Shown piece after piece: positions 1 to 7,460 of a stretch of 13,180 bases of DNA. The stretch lies in contig WRHF01000081.1 in the NCBI GenBank assembly GCA_009783415.1, positions 1 through 13,180 of the forward strand, read 5' to 3'. Source of the DNA: Clostridiales bacterium (GTDB taxonomy: Bacteria; Bacillota; Dehalobacteriia; UBA4068). Both the position numbers and the translations under genes were made by a program. Numbering within the stretch: position 1 is the first letter of the stretch; each line of letters starts with the position of its first letter. Below the pieces are notes generated by a model. The model ran no database searches, was not told the origin of the DNA, and worked only from the letters and a program-made list of their open reading frames with translations.

Positions 1-877
1 CGATTGTAGCCTGGATATTGGTGGGGTAGGCTGCCTGATTATTAGGATGCATTGTTTTCCATGAAAATCCGTGATCATACTCTGTTTGCCGTTCAAAAGA
101 GGCAAATTGGAGCATGCAGCGCTCCAGGGCATTGCGTTCTTTCGATATTTCCAGAATAACCGGCTCGGCGCCCATTGTTTCCCGAAAAAGGGCGGTCAAG
201 TCATTACTTAGACTAAAATGATTTTCCGATTTCGCAACCAAAGTCATCCGGGCCAAGTTTAAGGTGATTCGCTCCAGCTTGTTTCGGTTTTTGCGAAAGG
301 CGGCGCATTGGAGGCGGAATTTGTTATCCCGCGGGGAATAGCAAAGCTTATAAGGATGATACTGGCGTTTGCTCCGGCTGCCCTTCGGACTGTCATATTC
401 AATGATCAATGGGCTTTGCTCTTTGATTGCTTGTAAAATAGTCTTAAACCGGGATCCATAACCGGCATCCTCATAATCATCCCCGTCCAAATGGCGGTCA
501 TAAATGTGAAAATCATCGCTATTAAACAGAGGCGGGGTATCCGCAAGGGATTCCTCTAATTCGGCATATGATTCTTGATCCAGAAACAACTTGAGCCGCG
601 AATCATTAAGCAAGGATCTTAACCATGACCTTTCCAGGCCGGATAAAGGTCTTTTTATTTCCCCTGATATTTTGGAGTAGTACAAGTCGCCTCTCATTTC
701 TAAAAAACTCCATTCGCCGGAAAACAATGCCGGCAGTAAATGAAAGGTGCTGTCGTAAAAGCCATTGTCTCTGACTAATTCTTCGATCTTGGCTTTGGTC
801 AGGCCATTTTTCGCTTGCTCTAAAATCCGGGCAATCACGGTGAAATAACAACCGTAGACTTCCGAAAACAGTTCCAT
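1..877 (-). CDS. WYL-domain protein, paralog 2. The start is at 877-875 and the gene runs off the window start, so at least 292 aa are present and the C-terminus is missing.
   Basis: I translated the minus-strand frame by hand from ATG 877-875 down to position 1 and found no stop: MELFSEVYGCYFTVIARILEQAKNGLTKAKIEELVRDNGF...QYHPYKLCYSPRDNKFRLQCAAFRKNRNKLERITLNLARM... The segment PYKL..NKFRL..AAFRKNR..ERITL aligns with the WYL core of the upstream paralog (PLKI..GRRYV..YSFRKRR..FRLDYI). The start ATG overlaps the upstream gene's TGA stop as TGATG. An SD-like GGCGGTGA lies 6 nt upstream. The ORF track missed this gene because there is no in-window stop. The track's 93-aa ORF 606..887 is an out-of-frame artifact of it. 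Confidence 0.6.
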   Translation of the reverse strand, partial: MELFSEVYGCYFTVIARILEQAKNGLTKAKIEELVRDNGFYDSTFHLLPALFSGEWSFLEMRGDLYYSKISGEIKRPLSGLERSWLRSLLNDSRLKLFLDQESYAELEESLADTPPLFNSDDFHIYDRHLDGDDYEDAGYGSRFKTILQAIKEQSPLIIEYDSPKGSRSKRQYHPYKLCYSPRDNKFRLQCAAFRKNRNKLERITLNLARMTLVAKSENHFSLSNDLTALFRETMGAEPVILEISKERNALERCMLQFASFERQTEYDHGFSWKTMHPNNQAAYPTNIQATI

Positions 878-2118
878 CAAGAATCACCGCCTTCTCTTGC
901 GGCAGCTATGCCATACATATGTGCCATGCGGTTAATATCGCTGAAAAATCGTTTAACTACCGCTTCGTTTGTGCCTTCCAAACCAATAATACGGCCGGTA
1001 AAGGTTTTGATCCACGGTACTATATCAGTAGAATCGAACATCTCTTTGGTATATAAAAATGTATTGTCATCAAGTCGCTTCAGCTCGCCGCCCTGGCCCT
1101 CGCGCTTGATCCGGTCAATGATATATTGTTCATGCCGCTCATCAATACAAAGCTTCATGCTGATAGTTTCCAAGCGGTGGATACCGCCAAAAGAAACGCC
1201 CCAGACCTTGTCCAGATTGTTGTTAAGTCTTTCTTTCAATTCAGCTGCAAAATCGACCTCTTTATCGACCTTGACCGACTTGATGTAATCCAGGCGAAAG
1301 GTATTAAAGCGCCGCTTACGAAATGAATACATGCAAACATACCGCCGCCCGGTCCCGGCGCTGACAAATATTTTTAGGGGAAGGGCATGAACGATAATGC
1401 TATTGCTGCTGCGGATGCTTTGATTGGCAAAAAATACCGAACGGTTTTGCCGGATGGCCGAGAGCAAATCAAAAAGAATCCCGTCCTCTAATGTATGGGC
1501 GATGTAGTAATGCTTGAAGGCGAACAAATCGTTATCTTGATTTTCACTATCCAGAATATAGCTGCCGATTTCCCCAAAGGGCGCTGCGCCTTGAAAAAAC
1601 TTGACCGCGTCAATCAGTTTCGGCGTCAAGGGGATATTCTGCGGATTTATACTGTAAACAAAGGCCCTGCCCTGCTTTTCTTGCCTGAGCATCCCCAACT
1701 TAACATACTCTTTGCACTTATTCCTGACGGTCTGGGCATCAAAGATCATTTCACTTTTATCGCAAATAAAATCGGTGAGCTCGTCCACAGTCATAGGCGC
1801 GGCTTGGAGGGCGTCCAGAATACAAAAGTGCAGCACTATATCGTTTGCAGTGAAGCTTTTGGATTTCCAGGCGGCATAAAGAGGATTGAGCGGGATATGG
1901 GCGCAGTCAACGGAAATAAAAGATGATTTGTTGCCGCTTTTGTAATCCCATTTCATATATTCACCCAGATAACTTTCACAGCGGCGCTTTTCATTATCAT
2001 AAGTACGGGACGACTTTTTGGTGAAATCGGCGCGCGATTTAAAACCATATACATAAAAATCACGCATATAGTCCCGGATTTTATCGAAATTTTTTATTAG
2101 TTCAGAAAAATCGGACAT
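877..2118 (-). CDS. WYL-domain protein, paralog 1 (about 413 aa), a putative ligand- or RNA-sensing transcriptional regulator transcribed divergently from rtcB.
   Basis: The track ORF is 877..2208 but starts on TTG. The first ATG (2118-2116, MSDFSELIKNF...) has a weak SD-like AGGCAAGG upstream. The C-terminal half contains a WYL-like core, PLKIFVSAGTGRRYVCMYSFRKRRFNTFRLDYIKSVKV, which matches the WYL pattern (..GRWYL..ay....R.FRldRI). The C-terminal tail resembles a WCX extension (VPWIKTFTGRIIGLEG). Confidence 0.7.
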   Translation of the reverse strand: MSDFSELIKNFDKIRDYMRDFYVYGFKSRADFTKKSSRTYDNEKRRCESYLGEYMKWDYKSGNKSSFISVDCAHIPLNPLYAAWKSKSFTANDIVLHFCILDALQAAPMTVDELTDFICDKSEMIFDAQTVRNKCKEYVKLGMLRQEKQGRAFVYSINPQNIPLTPKLIDAVKFFQGAAPFGEIGSYILDSENQDNDLFAFKHYYIAHTLEDGILFDLLSAIRQNRSVFFANQSIRSSNSIIVHALPLKIFVSAGTGRRYVCMYSFRKRRFNTFRLDYIKSVKVDKEVDFAAELKERLNNNLDKVWGVSFGGIHRLETISMKLCIDERHEQYIIDRIKREGQGGELKRLDDNTFLYTKEMFDSTDIVPWIKTFTGRIIGLEGTNEAVVKRFFSDINRMAHMYGIAAAREGGDS

Positions 2119-2278
2119 AACCTTGCCTAAATCAAATTCATAGGTACTTGTACAATGTGAAATATAACACAAATTCGACAAATTTGCAAGAAAATCTATG
2201 ATTCGCAAACTTTTTTAAATGATAATGAAAGCCATTCTTGGTAAACTAATCAGAGAAAAGCACAAGGGGTTGATAATT
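2119..2278. promoter_or_regulatory. Divergent intergenic control region between the WYL-protein gene and rtcB.
   Basis: This is a 160-bp AT-rich spacer between divergent start codons. It contains the palindromes GTACTTGTAC (2144-2153) and CAAATTTG (2179-2186), and an imperfect inverted repeat CTTGTACA..TTTGCAAG. The rtcB SD AAGGGG lies at 2264-2269. Confidence 0.35.
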
Positions 2279-3511
2279 ATGTTTGTATTGCACAACGAAA
2301 ATAACAAGGCGCCGATTAAAATGTGGCTGCCGGATCAAACTTATGCCGATGAGCTGTGCCTGGAACAGGCGCTGAATCTTGCCAACCTCCCATTTATATA
2401 TAAATGGGTCTGTTTAATGCCGGATACACATGCAGGGATGGGAATGCCGATCGGCGGAGTTATAGCGACTACAGATGTGATAATCCCCAATGCGGTGGGT
2501 GTTGACATCGGTTGCGGTATGGCTTTTGTAGGAACCGATATCAGGCTTGAGGAAATCCGCGGGATCATGACCGGCAACGGGTCAATTATTCAGGGAATGA
2601 TCGGCGATATTCTGCGCAATATCCCGGTGGGCTTTAATCATCATAAAAAAATCCAAAGCTGTACCACCTTGGACGATGCCCTGGAATCAATGAATAAGTA
2701 TGAAGCCAATCCCGAGCTTTGCGAGCAAATCGAAGCGGGCTATTATCAGGTAGGAACGCTTGGCGGAGGAAACCATTTTATTGAACTGCAAGAGGATGAT
2801 GAGGGTTATCTGGGCATCATGGTCCATTCCGGCAGCCGCAACTTCGGCAAACAGGTCTGTGATTATTTTCACAATACCGCCCGTGAACTCAACCGCAAAT
2901 GGTATTCCGAAGTACCCCAGGAATGGAGACTGGCTTTCTTGCCGGTGGACAGCAAAGAGGGAAAGCAATATATCAATTGGATGAATCTGGCCCTGGACTT
3001 CGCCGCTGAAAACCGGACCAAAATGATGCTAGCCGTATCTGCGATCGTTGAAAAGTGGATCAATAAACATACAGATATCAGATTCAGCTACACCGCTGAA
3101 ATCAATTGCCATCATAATTATGCCGCTCTTGAAAATCATTATCGCAAAAATGTCTGGGTGCACCGCAAAGGCGCTACCCGGGCAAGAGCAGGAGAGCTTG
3201 CAGTAATCCCCGGCGCCATGGGTTCATACAGCTATGTAGTGGAAGGTCTGGGCAACGAAATAAGCTTTTGCTCATCTTCCCACGGAGCCGGTCGCAGCTA
3301 CTCCCGTAAGGGTGCAATGGAAAAATTTACCACACAGGAAGTCATGCTTGACCTGCAAAAGCAAGGTGTAGTTCTTGGTAAGCATAACAAAGACGATGTA
3401 GCCGAGGAAAGCCGCTTCGCCTATAAAAATATAGACGAGGTCATGGAAAATCAAAAAGACCTCGTAAAACCAATTAAGAGGCTCAAAACCCTGGGGGTAG
3501 TTAAGGGGTAG
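2279..3511 (+). CDS. rtcB: RNA 3'-phosphate / 5'-OH ligase RtcB.
   Basis: The protein shows NKAPIKMW...PFIYKWVCLMPDTHAGMGMPIGGV, GGGNHFIEL, CHHNYAA and SHGAGR, which are the canonical RtcB metal-site and active-site motifs. It aligns with E. coli RtcB from TENAPVKMW onward. I chose ATG 2279 (MFVLHNENNKAPIKMW) because it has the SD AAGGGG 9 nt upstream and gives 410 aa, against 408 aa for E. coli. The track's 2219 start adds 20 unsupported residues. Confidence 0.92.
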   Translation: MFVLHNENNKAPIKMWLPDQTYADELCLEQALNLANLPFIYKWVCLMPDTHAGMGMPIGGVIATTDVIIPNAVGVDIGCGMAFVGTDIRLEEIRGIMTGNGSIIQGMIGDILRNIPVGFNHHKKIQSCTTLDDALESMNKYEANPELCEQIEAGYYQVGTLGGGNHFIELQEDDEGYLGIMVHSGSRNFGKQVCDYFHNTARELNRKWYSEVPQEWRLAFLPVDSKEGKQYINWMNLALDFAAENRTKMMLAVSAIVEKWINKHTDIRFSYTAEINCHHNYAALENHYRKNVWVHRKGATRARAGELAVIPGAMGSYSYVVEGLGNEISFCSSSHGAGRSYSRKGAMEKFTTQEVMLDLQKQGVVLGKHNKDDVAEESRFAYKNIDEVMENQKDLVKPIKRLKTLGVVKG

Positions 3512-3665
3512 TGCCTTATAGGTAATCGGTTATTAAGGCGTTACAGCCTTATATAAATGCTTGTTTTGTCCTATGCTAGGGGTTTGTCCAAAACGCCCTT
3601 GCGGCGCCGGGGATTTTATCTATCCGGTGTATCGGGCAAAATGGCGAGGCTCCGTAAACGGGGCA

Positions 3666-3740
3666 CCAATGACAGCACGGGGGTTCGATTCCCCCACCCT
3701 AAAAAAAGGGTTAGCTCAATCGGCAGAGCATGTCTCTTGG
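3666..3740 (+). ncRNA. Circularly permuted tRNA-like fold (tRNA-mimic core) directly downstream of rtcB.
   Basis: The elements occur in this order. T-arm: GGGGG-TTCGATT-CCCCC (3679-3695). Acceptor-like 5-bp hairpin: ACCCT-AAAAAA-AGGGT (3696-3711), capped by an A6 loop. Then TA (U8/A9-like), followed by a D-arm GCTC-AATCGGCA-GAGC (3714-3729) with the GG dinucleotide in the D-loop. Flanking strands 3671-3674 GACA with 3731-3734 TGTC, and 3666-3669 CCAA with 3737-3740 TTGG, pair to form a helix in the anticodon-stem position. A 4-nt variable-region analog GCAC lies before the T-stem. This is the arrangement expected when tRNA ends are moved to the anticodon stem. Confidence 0.5.
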
Positions 3741-3805
3741 ATTAAGCTGATAACTTAATCACCAACGGTCAGCGAGTTATCGCCGAGGTTCGAATCCTCA
3801 CTACA

Positions 3806-3830
3806 AAAAGACCTCTCAAGTCTTTTGGAA
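3806..3830 (+). terminator. Weak intrinsic terminator-like hairpin ending the structured RNA.
   Basis: A 7-bp stem AAAAGAC/GTCTTTT with a 7-nt loop. The 3' strand supplies 4 U, followed by GG. The stem is AT-rich, so termination is probably inefficient. Confidence 0.35.
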
Positions 3831-3989
3831 AAATGACGGAAACTGAAAATGTCCCGCAAAGGAACACATCAACTTTGCAACATCCGGCTTGCCAGTGACG
3901 AAAGGGATACCGCCTGTTTGGGTTCTGCCCCATAGTATTTCCTGCGGGAAGTTCACGCCGGACAGGATTTCAGGCAGCTTAACATTTGT

Positions 3990-4014
3990 CCCGCAAGACG
4001 AATGCGGGCATTTT
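3990..4014 (+). terminator. Intrinsic terminator or attenuator hairpin 40 nt upstream of the SPFH gene.
   Basis: Stem CCCGCA-AGACGAA-TGCGGG (6 bp, 5 GC), then CATTTTC. The 5' strand TGTCCCGCAAG duplicates TGTCCCGCAAAG at 3849-3860. Both copies can pair with CCTGCGGGAAG (3940-3950), giving mutually exclusive structures. Confidence 0.5.
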
Positions 4015-4054
4015 CAGGGGAAGTCAAGTAAAAACAAAGAAAGAAGGCATCAAA

Positions 4055-5149
4055 ATGAAAATCATCATCAAAGAAAATGTACGGGGTTTCCTGTTTAAAA
4101 ACGGAGTGTACCGCAAAATGCTCTTCCCCGGCAAGCATAACATTAAAAAGTTCCTGGGTGAAACCTTTGCCCTGGTAGATGTTTCTAAACCTGTTGAGCC
4201 GGCCAATGTTGACATCGCTGTTTTGCTTCGCGACCAAGAGTTTGCAGACAGTGTCACCCGCATTGATGTACCGAACGGTCATATCGCTATCCACATGGAG
4301 GATAAGCGTATCGTCGGTACTCTGAAGCCCGGTACATATTGCTATTGGAACTGCTATCGTGAGCACACCTTTAAGCTGGTCGACATTGCCAAGGCAGAAA
4401 TCAGCGATCTTTCGCCCGAACAGCTGATGACTATACCCCGCAATCTCTATTTCAAAGTGGAAGTACCGCAAGGCGAAGCAGGCCTCTTGTTTTTTGATGG
4501 GAAGTTTGAACGCCCACTGGAAAGCGGAAGTTATTACTTCTGGAATAATATGCAGAAAATTACTTGCCAGAGCGTAGATTTGCGCTCCCAGCTGTTGGAT
4601 ATTGCCGGCCAGGAGATCTTAACAGCCGACAAAGTTTCATTGCGCATCAACTTTGTCTGTTCCTATAAAATCACCGACGCCGTTAAGATCGTCAGTGAGA
4701 TCAAGGACTACAAAGCCCAGATCTACACCCTGACCCAGCTGGCTCTCCGCGAATATATCGGCAAATTCCGTTTTGATGAGCTTTTGGAGCAAAAAGACTC
4801 CATTGCCGCCTTTGTCTTGAAGCAGCTTCAAGCCAAGCAGGACGCCTTGTTTGTCGAATTTTCCGAGGCGGGTTTAAAGGACATCATCCTGCCCGGCGAA
4901 ATCCGCGATATCATGAATACCGTACTGGTCGCCGAGAAAAATGCCCAGGCCAACGTAATTGCCCGCCGCGAAGAGGTAGCATCAACCAGAAGCTTGCTTA
5001 ATACTGCTAAGCTGATGGAAGAAAATACCACTTTGTACAAGCTGAAAGAGCTTGAATATCTGGAAAAAATCTGCGACAAAGTGGGCAATATCTCAGTTGG
5101 CGGCGGAAATTTGTTGAGCGAGCTTAGAGAAATAATGAGCACTAGGTAA
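4055..5149 (+). CDS. SPFH/band-7 (stomatin/prohibitin-like) domain protein without an N-terminal transmembrane segment, 364 aa.
   Basis: I chose the start MKIIIKENV at 4055, with SD AAGAAGG 7 nt upstream. The track's 3986 start lacks an SD. The protein shows the SPFH pattern: E..G.LF.NG.....L.PGKH at the N-terminus, QEILTADKVSLRINFVCSYKITD, then a long helical region ILPGEIRDIMNTVLVAEKNAQANVIARREEVAS...LYKLKELEYLEKI typical of band-7 C-termini. The N-terminal beta segment appears twice (VRGFLFKNGVYRKMLFPGKH and EAGLLFFDGKFERPLESGSYYFWN). Confidence 0.85.
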   Translation: MKIIIKENVRGFLFKNGVYRKMLFPGKHNIKKFLGETFALVDVSKPVEPANVDIAVLLRDQEFADSVTRIDVPNGHIAIHMEDKRIVGTLKPGTYCYWNCYREHTFKLVDIAKAEISDLSPEQLMTIPRNLYFKVEVPQGEAGLLFFDGKFERPLESGSYYFWNNMQKITCQSVDLRSQLLDIAGQEILTADKVSLRINFVCSYKITDAVKIVSEIKDYKAQIYTLTQLALREYIGKFRFDELLEQKDSIAAFVLKQLQAKQDALFVEFSEAGLKDIILPGEIRDIMNTVLVAEKNAQANVIARREEVASTRSLLNTAKLMEENTTLYKLKELEYLEKICDKVGNISVGGGNLLSELREIMSTR

Positions 5150-5180
5150 ATTGGGGTATAATAGCTAATCGAAATACAAA

Positions 5181-5218
5181 AAAGTAGCCCTCAGCTCGTC
5201 ACAGTAGTGGGCTACTTT
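5181..5218 (-). terminator. Intrinsic terminator for htpG, possibly acting in both directions.
   Basis: A perfect 10-bp inverted repeat AAAGTAGCCC...GGGCTACTTT with an 18-nt loop. On the minus strand it is followed by TTTTTTGTATTTC, about 95 nt downstream of the htpG stop. On the plus strand, downstream of the SPFH gene, it lacks a U-run. Confidence 0.6.
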
Positions 5219-5310
5219 GCGCATTATTGGACGTAACCGTTTGAGGTTTTGCCCTTTTCTGTATTTATTATACTACGAATTTAATAAAGCTGTCAATGCT
5301 TTTTTTGATT

Positions 5311-7359
5311 CTAGCTCATGAGCTCGCAGATGGAATTGGCGAACGATACCGGGTCTTCGATGGTCAGGCCTTCTATCAGTAAAGCCTGATGATAGAGTAA
5401 CGTGGTATATGTCTTCAATTTCTCCGGATCACTGCCTTCGAGCTTGGTCAAAGCTGCAAATACGGGGTGATTGCCGTTAATCTCCAGGACCCGGTCGGCT
5501 TTTACCTGGTTATCGGTGGGCATGGAATTTAGGACTTTTTCCATTTCTATCGACAAAGGACCGTCGCTGGTCAGGCAGATGGGGTGGCTTTTTAAGCGTT
5601 TGGAAAGCCTTACTTCTTTTACTTTATCGCCCAAGGCCTCTTTCATGGCAGTAAAGAGGTCTTTATGGGTTTCGGCTTGCTCTTTAGTTGCTTCTTTTTC
5701 TTCTTTACTTTCCAAATCCAAGTCCTTATCAGAGACGCTCTTGATGGTTTTTCCCTGATATTCATTAATGATCTTAATGGCAAACTCATCCACATCCTCG
5801 GTCAGGGCTAAAATATCATAGCCTTTATCCAGCACAAGCTCGGTCTGGGGCAATTGGCGGATCCGGCTGATGCTGCTGCCGCAGGCATAATAGATAGTTT
5901 CCTGGCCCTCGGTCATTTTTTCCAAGTACTCCGCCAGGGTCACCATTTTATCTTCCTTCAGAGAATGATAGAGCAATAAATCCTGCAGCTTGTCCTTATC
6001 GGCGCCAAAACTGTTATAAATCCCGAATTTGAGCTGCATGCCAAAGTTTTTAAAGAAACCTTCGTACTTCTCGCGATCATTTTTGAGCAGCTTGAGCAGA
6101 TCCGACTTGATCCGCTTATCCAGACTCTTGGCTATGGCCTTTACCTGGCGGTCCTGCTGCAGCATTTCCCTTGAGATATTCAGGGAAAGATCCGGGGAAT
6201 CCACCAAACCTCTGACAAAGCTGAAACAATCCGGCAGCAGGTCGGCGCATTTTTCCATGATCAAAACCCCGTTGGCATAAAGTTGCAGGCCCTTTTCATA
6301 TTCTTTGCTGTAATAGTTGTAAGGGGTATTCAGAGGTATATAAAGGATCCCGTCATAGCTGATGGTTCCCTCCGCGCTGATATGGCTGTAGGTCAAAGGA
6401 ATCTCGTAATTGGAAAATTTTTCCATATAAAACTGTTCATAATCTTCTCCGTTGACCTCATTTTTATTACGCCGCCAGAGGGGAACCATACTGTTTAGGG
6501 TATCGATTTCCTGGTAATCTTCATATTCCGGCGCTTTTTTGTCGTCGCTATCCTCTGTCGCTTTGGGCCGCCTTTTGGTTAGGGCCATCTTGATGGGGTA
6601 GCGGATATAATCGGAATACTTTTTGACTATGTCCTGAATTTTGTACTGATCCAGATACTGACTGTAATTTTCCTCATCGTGGTTGTCTTTGAGCGCCAGG
6701 ATGATGGTTGTACCAAAGCCCTCTTTTTCATAAGGCTCGATACTATAGCCGTCAGCGCCCTCGGATTGCCAGCGCCAGGCTTCATTACTGCCATAGGCTT
6801 TACTGATCACGGTGATTTCTTTGCTGACCATAAAGGCGGAGTAAAAGCCCACCCCAAACTGACCGATAATATCAATATCAAAACCCGCCTCTTTGGCTTC
6901 ATCCTCTTCAGCTGGTTGAGCAGCTGTTGTTTCCTCTGCAGCATCTAAAGGTGTATCCTGGGACTCGGAAGCACTGTCATCTTCCTCTTCGTTTTCTTCT
7001 TCACCCATTCTTTCCGGCTTGAATTTTTCTAAATTATCCTTGTTTTCCTGTCTGAAATCCATAGTTCCGCTTTTGGCAATAGTACCCAGATTATTTTCCA
7101 GTTCCTCTTTGGTCATACCAAGGCCATTATCCCGAATAGTCAAGGTGCGGTTATCCTTGTCGGCCTCAATAAAAATCTCGAAGTCGCTCCGGTCAAAAGA
7201 CAGCCCGTCTTCGGTCAGGGTTTTGAAATAGAGCTTGTCCATGGCATCGCTGGCATTGGAGATCAGTTCCCGCAAAAAGATTTCTTTGTGGGTATAAATT
7301 GAATTGATCATCAGGCCCAATAAGCGTTTCGATTCCGCCTTAAATGGTTTTTTCTTCAT
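5311..7359 (-). CDS. htpG: Molecular chaperone HtpG (Hsp90), 682 aa.
   Basis: The protein shows [27 protein letters not shown], which matches the E. coli HtpG N-terminal ATPase signature, along with GTIAKSGT, a charged linker, and a [12 protein letters not shown]-terminal region. I chose the start at M14 ([17 protein letters not shown] 7359-7357), preceded by GGGGG 7 nt upstream. The track's M1 at 7398 has no SD and would lie inside the CIRCE operator. Confidence 0.9.
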   Translation of the reverse strand: MKKKPFKAESKRLLGLMINSIYTHKEIFLRELISNASDAMDKLYFKTLTEDGLSFDRSDFEIFIEADKDNRTLTIRDNGLGMTKEELENNLGTIAKSGTMDFRQENKDNLEKFKPERMGEEENEEEDDSASESQDTPLDAAEETTAAQPAEEDEAKEAGFDIDIIGQFGVGFYSAFMVSKEITVISKAYGSNEAWRWQSEGADGYSIEPYEKEGFGTTIILALKDNHDEENYSQYLDQYKIQDIVKKYSDYIRYPIKMALTKRRPKATEDSDDKKAPEYEDYQEIDTLNSMVPLWRRNKNEVNGEDYEQFYMEKFSNYEIPLTYSHISAEGTISYDGILYIPLNTPYNYYSKEYEKGLQLYANGVLIMEKCADLLPDCFSFVRGLVDSPDLSLNISREMLQQDRQVKAIAKSLDKRIKSDLLKLLKNDREKYEGFFKNFGMQLKFGIYNSFGADKDKLQDLLLYHSLKEDKMVTLAEYLEKMTEGQETIYYACGSSISRIRQLPQTELVLDKGYDILALTEDVDEFAIKIINEYQGKTIKSVSDKDLDLESKEEKEATKEQAETHKDLFTAMKEALGDKVKEVRLSKRLKSHPICLTSDGPLSIEMEKVLNSMPTDNQVKADRVLEINGNHPVFAALTKLEGSDPEKLKTYTTLLYHQALLIEGLTIEDPVSFANSICELMS

Positions 7360-7384
7360 AAGCAAACCCCCAGAAATAATATTA

Positions 7385-7411
7385 TTAGCACTCTCCATAG
7401 TCGAGTGCTAA
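7385..7411 (-). promoter_or_regulatory. CIRCE operator (HrcA binding site) in the htpG leader.
   Basis: TTAGCACTC-tccatagtc-GAGTGCTAA is a perfect match to the CIRCE consensus TTAGCACTC-N9-GAGTGCTAA. It extends to a 13-15 bp inverted repeat (ATTATTAGCACTC / GAGTGCTAATAAT), located between the promoter and the htpG SD. Confidence 0.85.
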
Positions 7412-7415
7412 TAAT

Positions 7416-7444
7416 ATAATATAACTAAATTTCCCATTTGTCAA
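7416..7444 (-). promoter_or_regulatory. Sigma-A-type promoter for htpG.
   Basis: The minus strand reads TTGACA (complement of 7439-7444), a 17-nt spacer, then TATTAT (complement of 7416-7421), immediately upstream of CIRCE. This is the classical arrangement for an HrcA-controlled promoter. Confidence 0.5.
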
Positions 7445-7460
7445 GCAAAAAAAATAGATA

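Larger units (their letters stand above)
3560..3830 (+). ncRNA. Extended structured RNA region in the rtcB 3' UTR, carrying additional tRNA-like pieces.
   Basis: There are hairpins at 3579-3597 and 3607-3627. A GNRA-like hairpin GGCTCCG-TAAA-CGGGGC lies at 3649-3664. An anticodon-arm mimic ATTAAG-CTGATAA-CTTAAT (3741-3759) has a 7-nt loop with the U33 and R37 pattern and a GAU anticodon-like triplet. An alternative 7-bp helix pairs GATAACT with AGTTATC (3749-3755 / 3775-3781). A second T-arm, GAGG-TTCGAAT-CCTC, lies at 3785-3799 and is followed by ACTACAAAAA. A terminal hairpin AAAAGAC-CTCTCAA-GTCTTTT lies at 3806-3826. Confidence 0.4.

Noticed and set aside
606-887. Track ORF of 93 aa on the minus strand.
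   Set aside because: It is out of frame with, and fully inside, the real WYL-paralog-2 gene (frame starting at 877). Its translation is Arg-rich and of low complexity, and it has a GTG start.
908-1926. Plus-strand ORFs (126, 66 and 143 aa) inside the WYL gene region.
   Set aside because: They are antisense or out of frame relative to a gene with a recognisable WYL domain, and they have no SD.
3679-3808. A canonical tRNA gene (for example tRNA-Ile GAU, suggested by the CTGATAA loop).
   Set aside because: No 7-bp acceptor helix can be formed between any 5' segment and ACTACAAA or ACCCTAA. The spacing between the D-arm and the anticodon arm is 11 nt rather than 1, and the variable region would be 24 nt. 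The motifs fit only a permuted or mimic fold.
3512-4054. A Ro60/Rsr gene or classical Y-RNA stem accompanying the tRNA-like element.
   Set aside because: No TROVE/vWA-like ORF exists in the window. The helix replacing the anticodon stem is only about 8 bp with an internal loop, not a long Ro-binding stem. I therefore call it a tRNA mimic reminiscent of YrlA, not a Y RNA.
3889-4098. Track ORF of 69 aa overlapping the SPFH start, and the extended 3986 start of the SPFH ORF.
   Set aside because: There is no SD at either start. The strong SD AAGAAGG sits before ATG 4055. The upstream part lies in the structured leader and terminator.
5286-5309. A plus-strand terminator AAAGC-TGTCAAT-GCTTT + T7 for the SPFH gene.
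   Set aside because: The stem is only 5 bp and AT-rich, and it overlaps the htpG stop codon on the opposite strand. The 10-bp hairpin at 5181-5218 is the more credible shared terminator.
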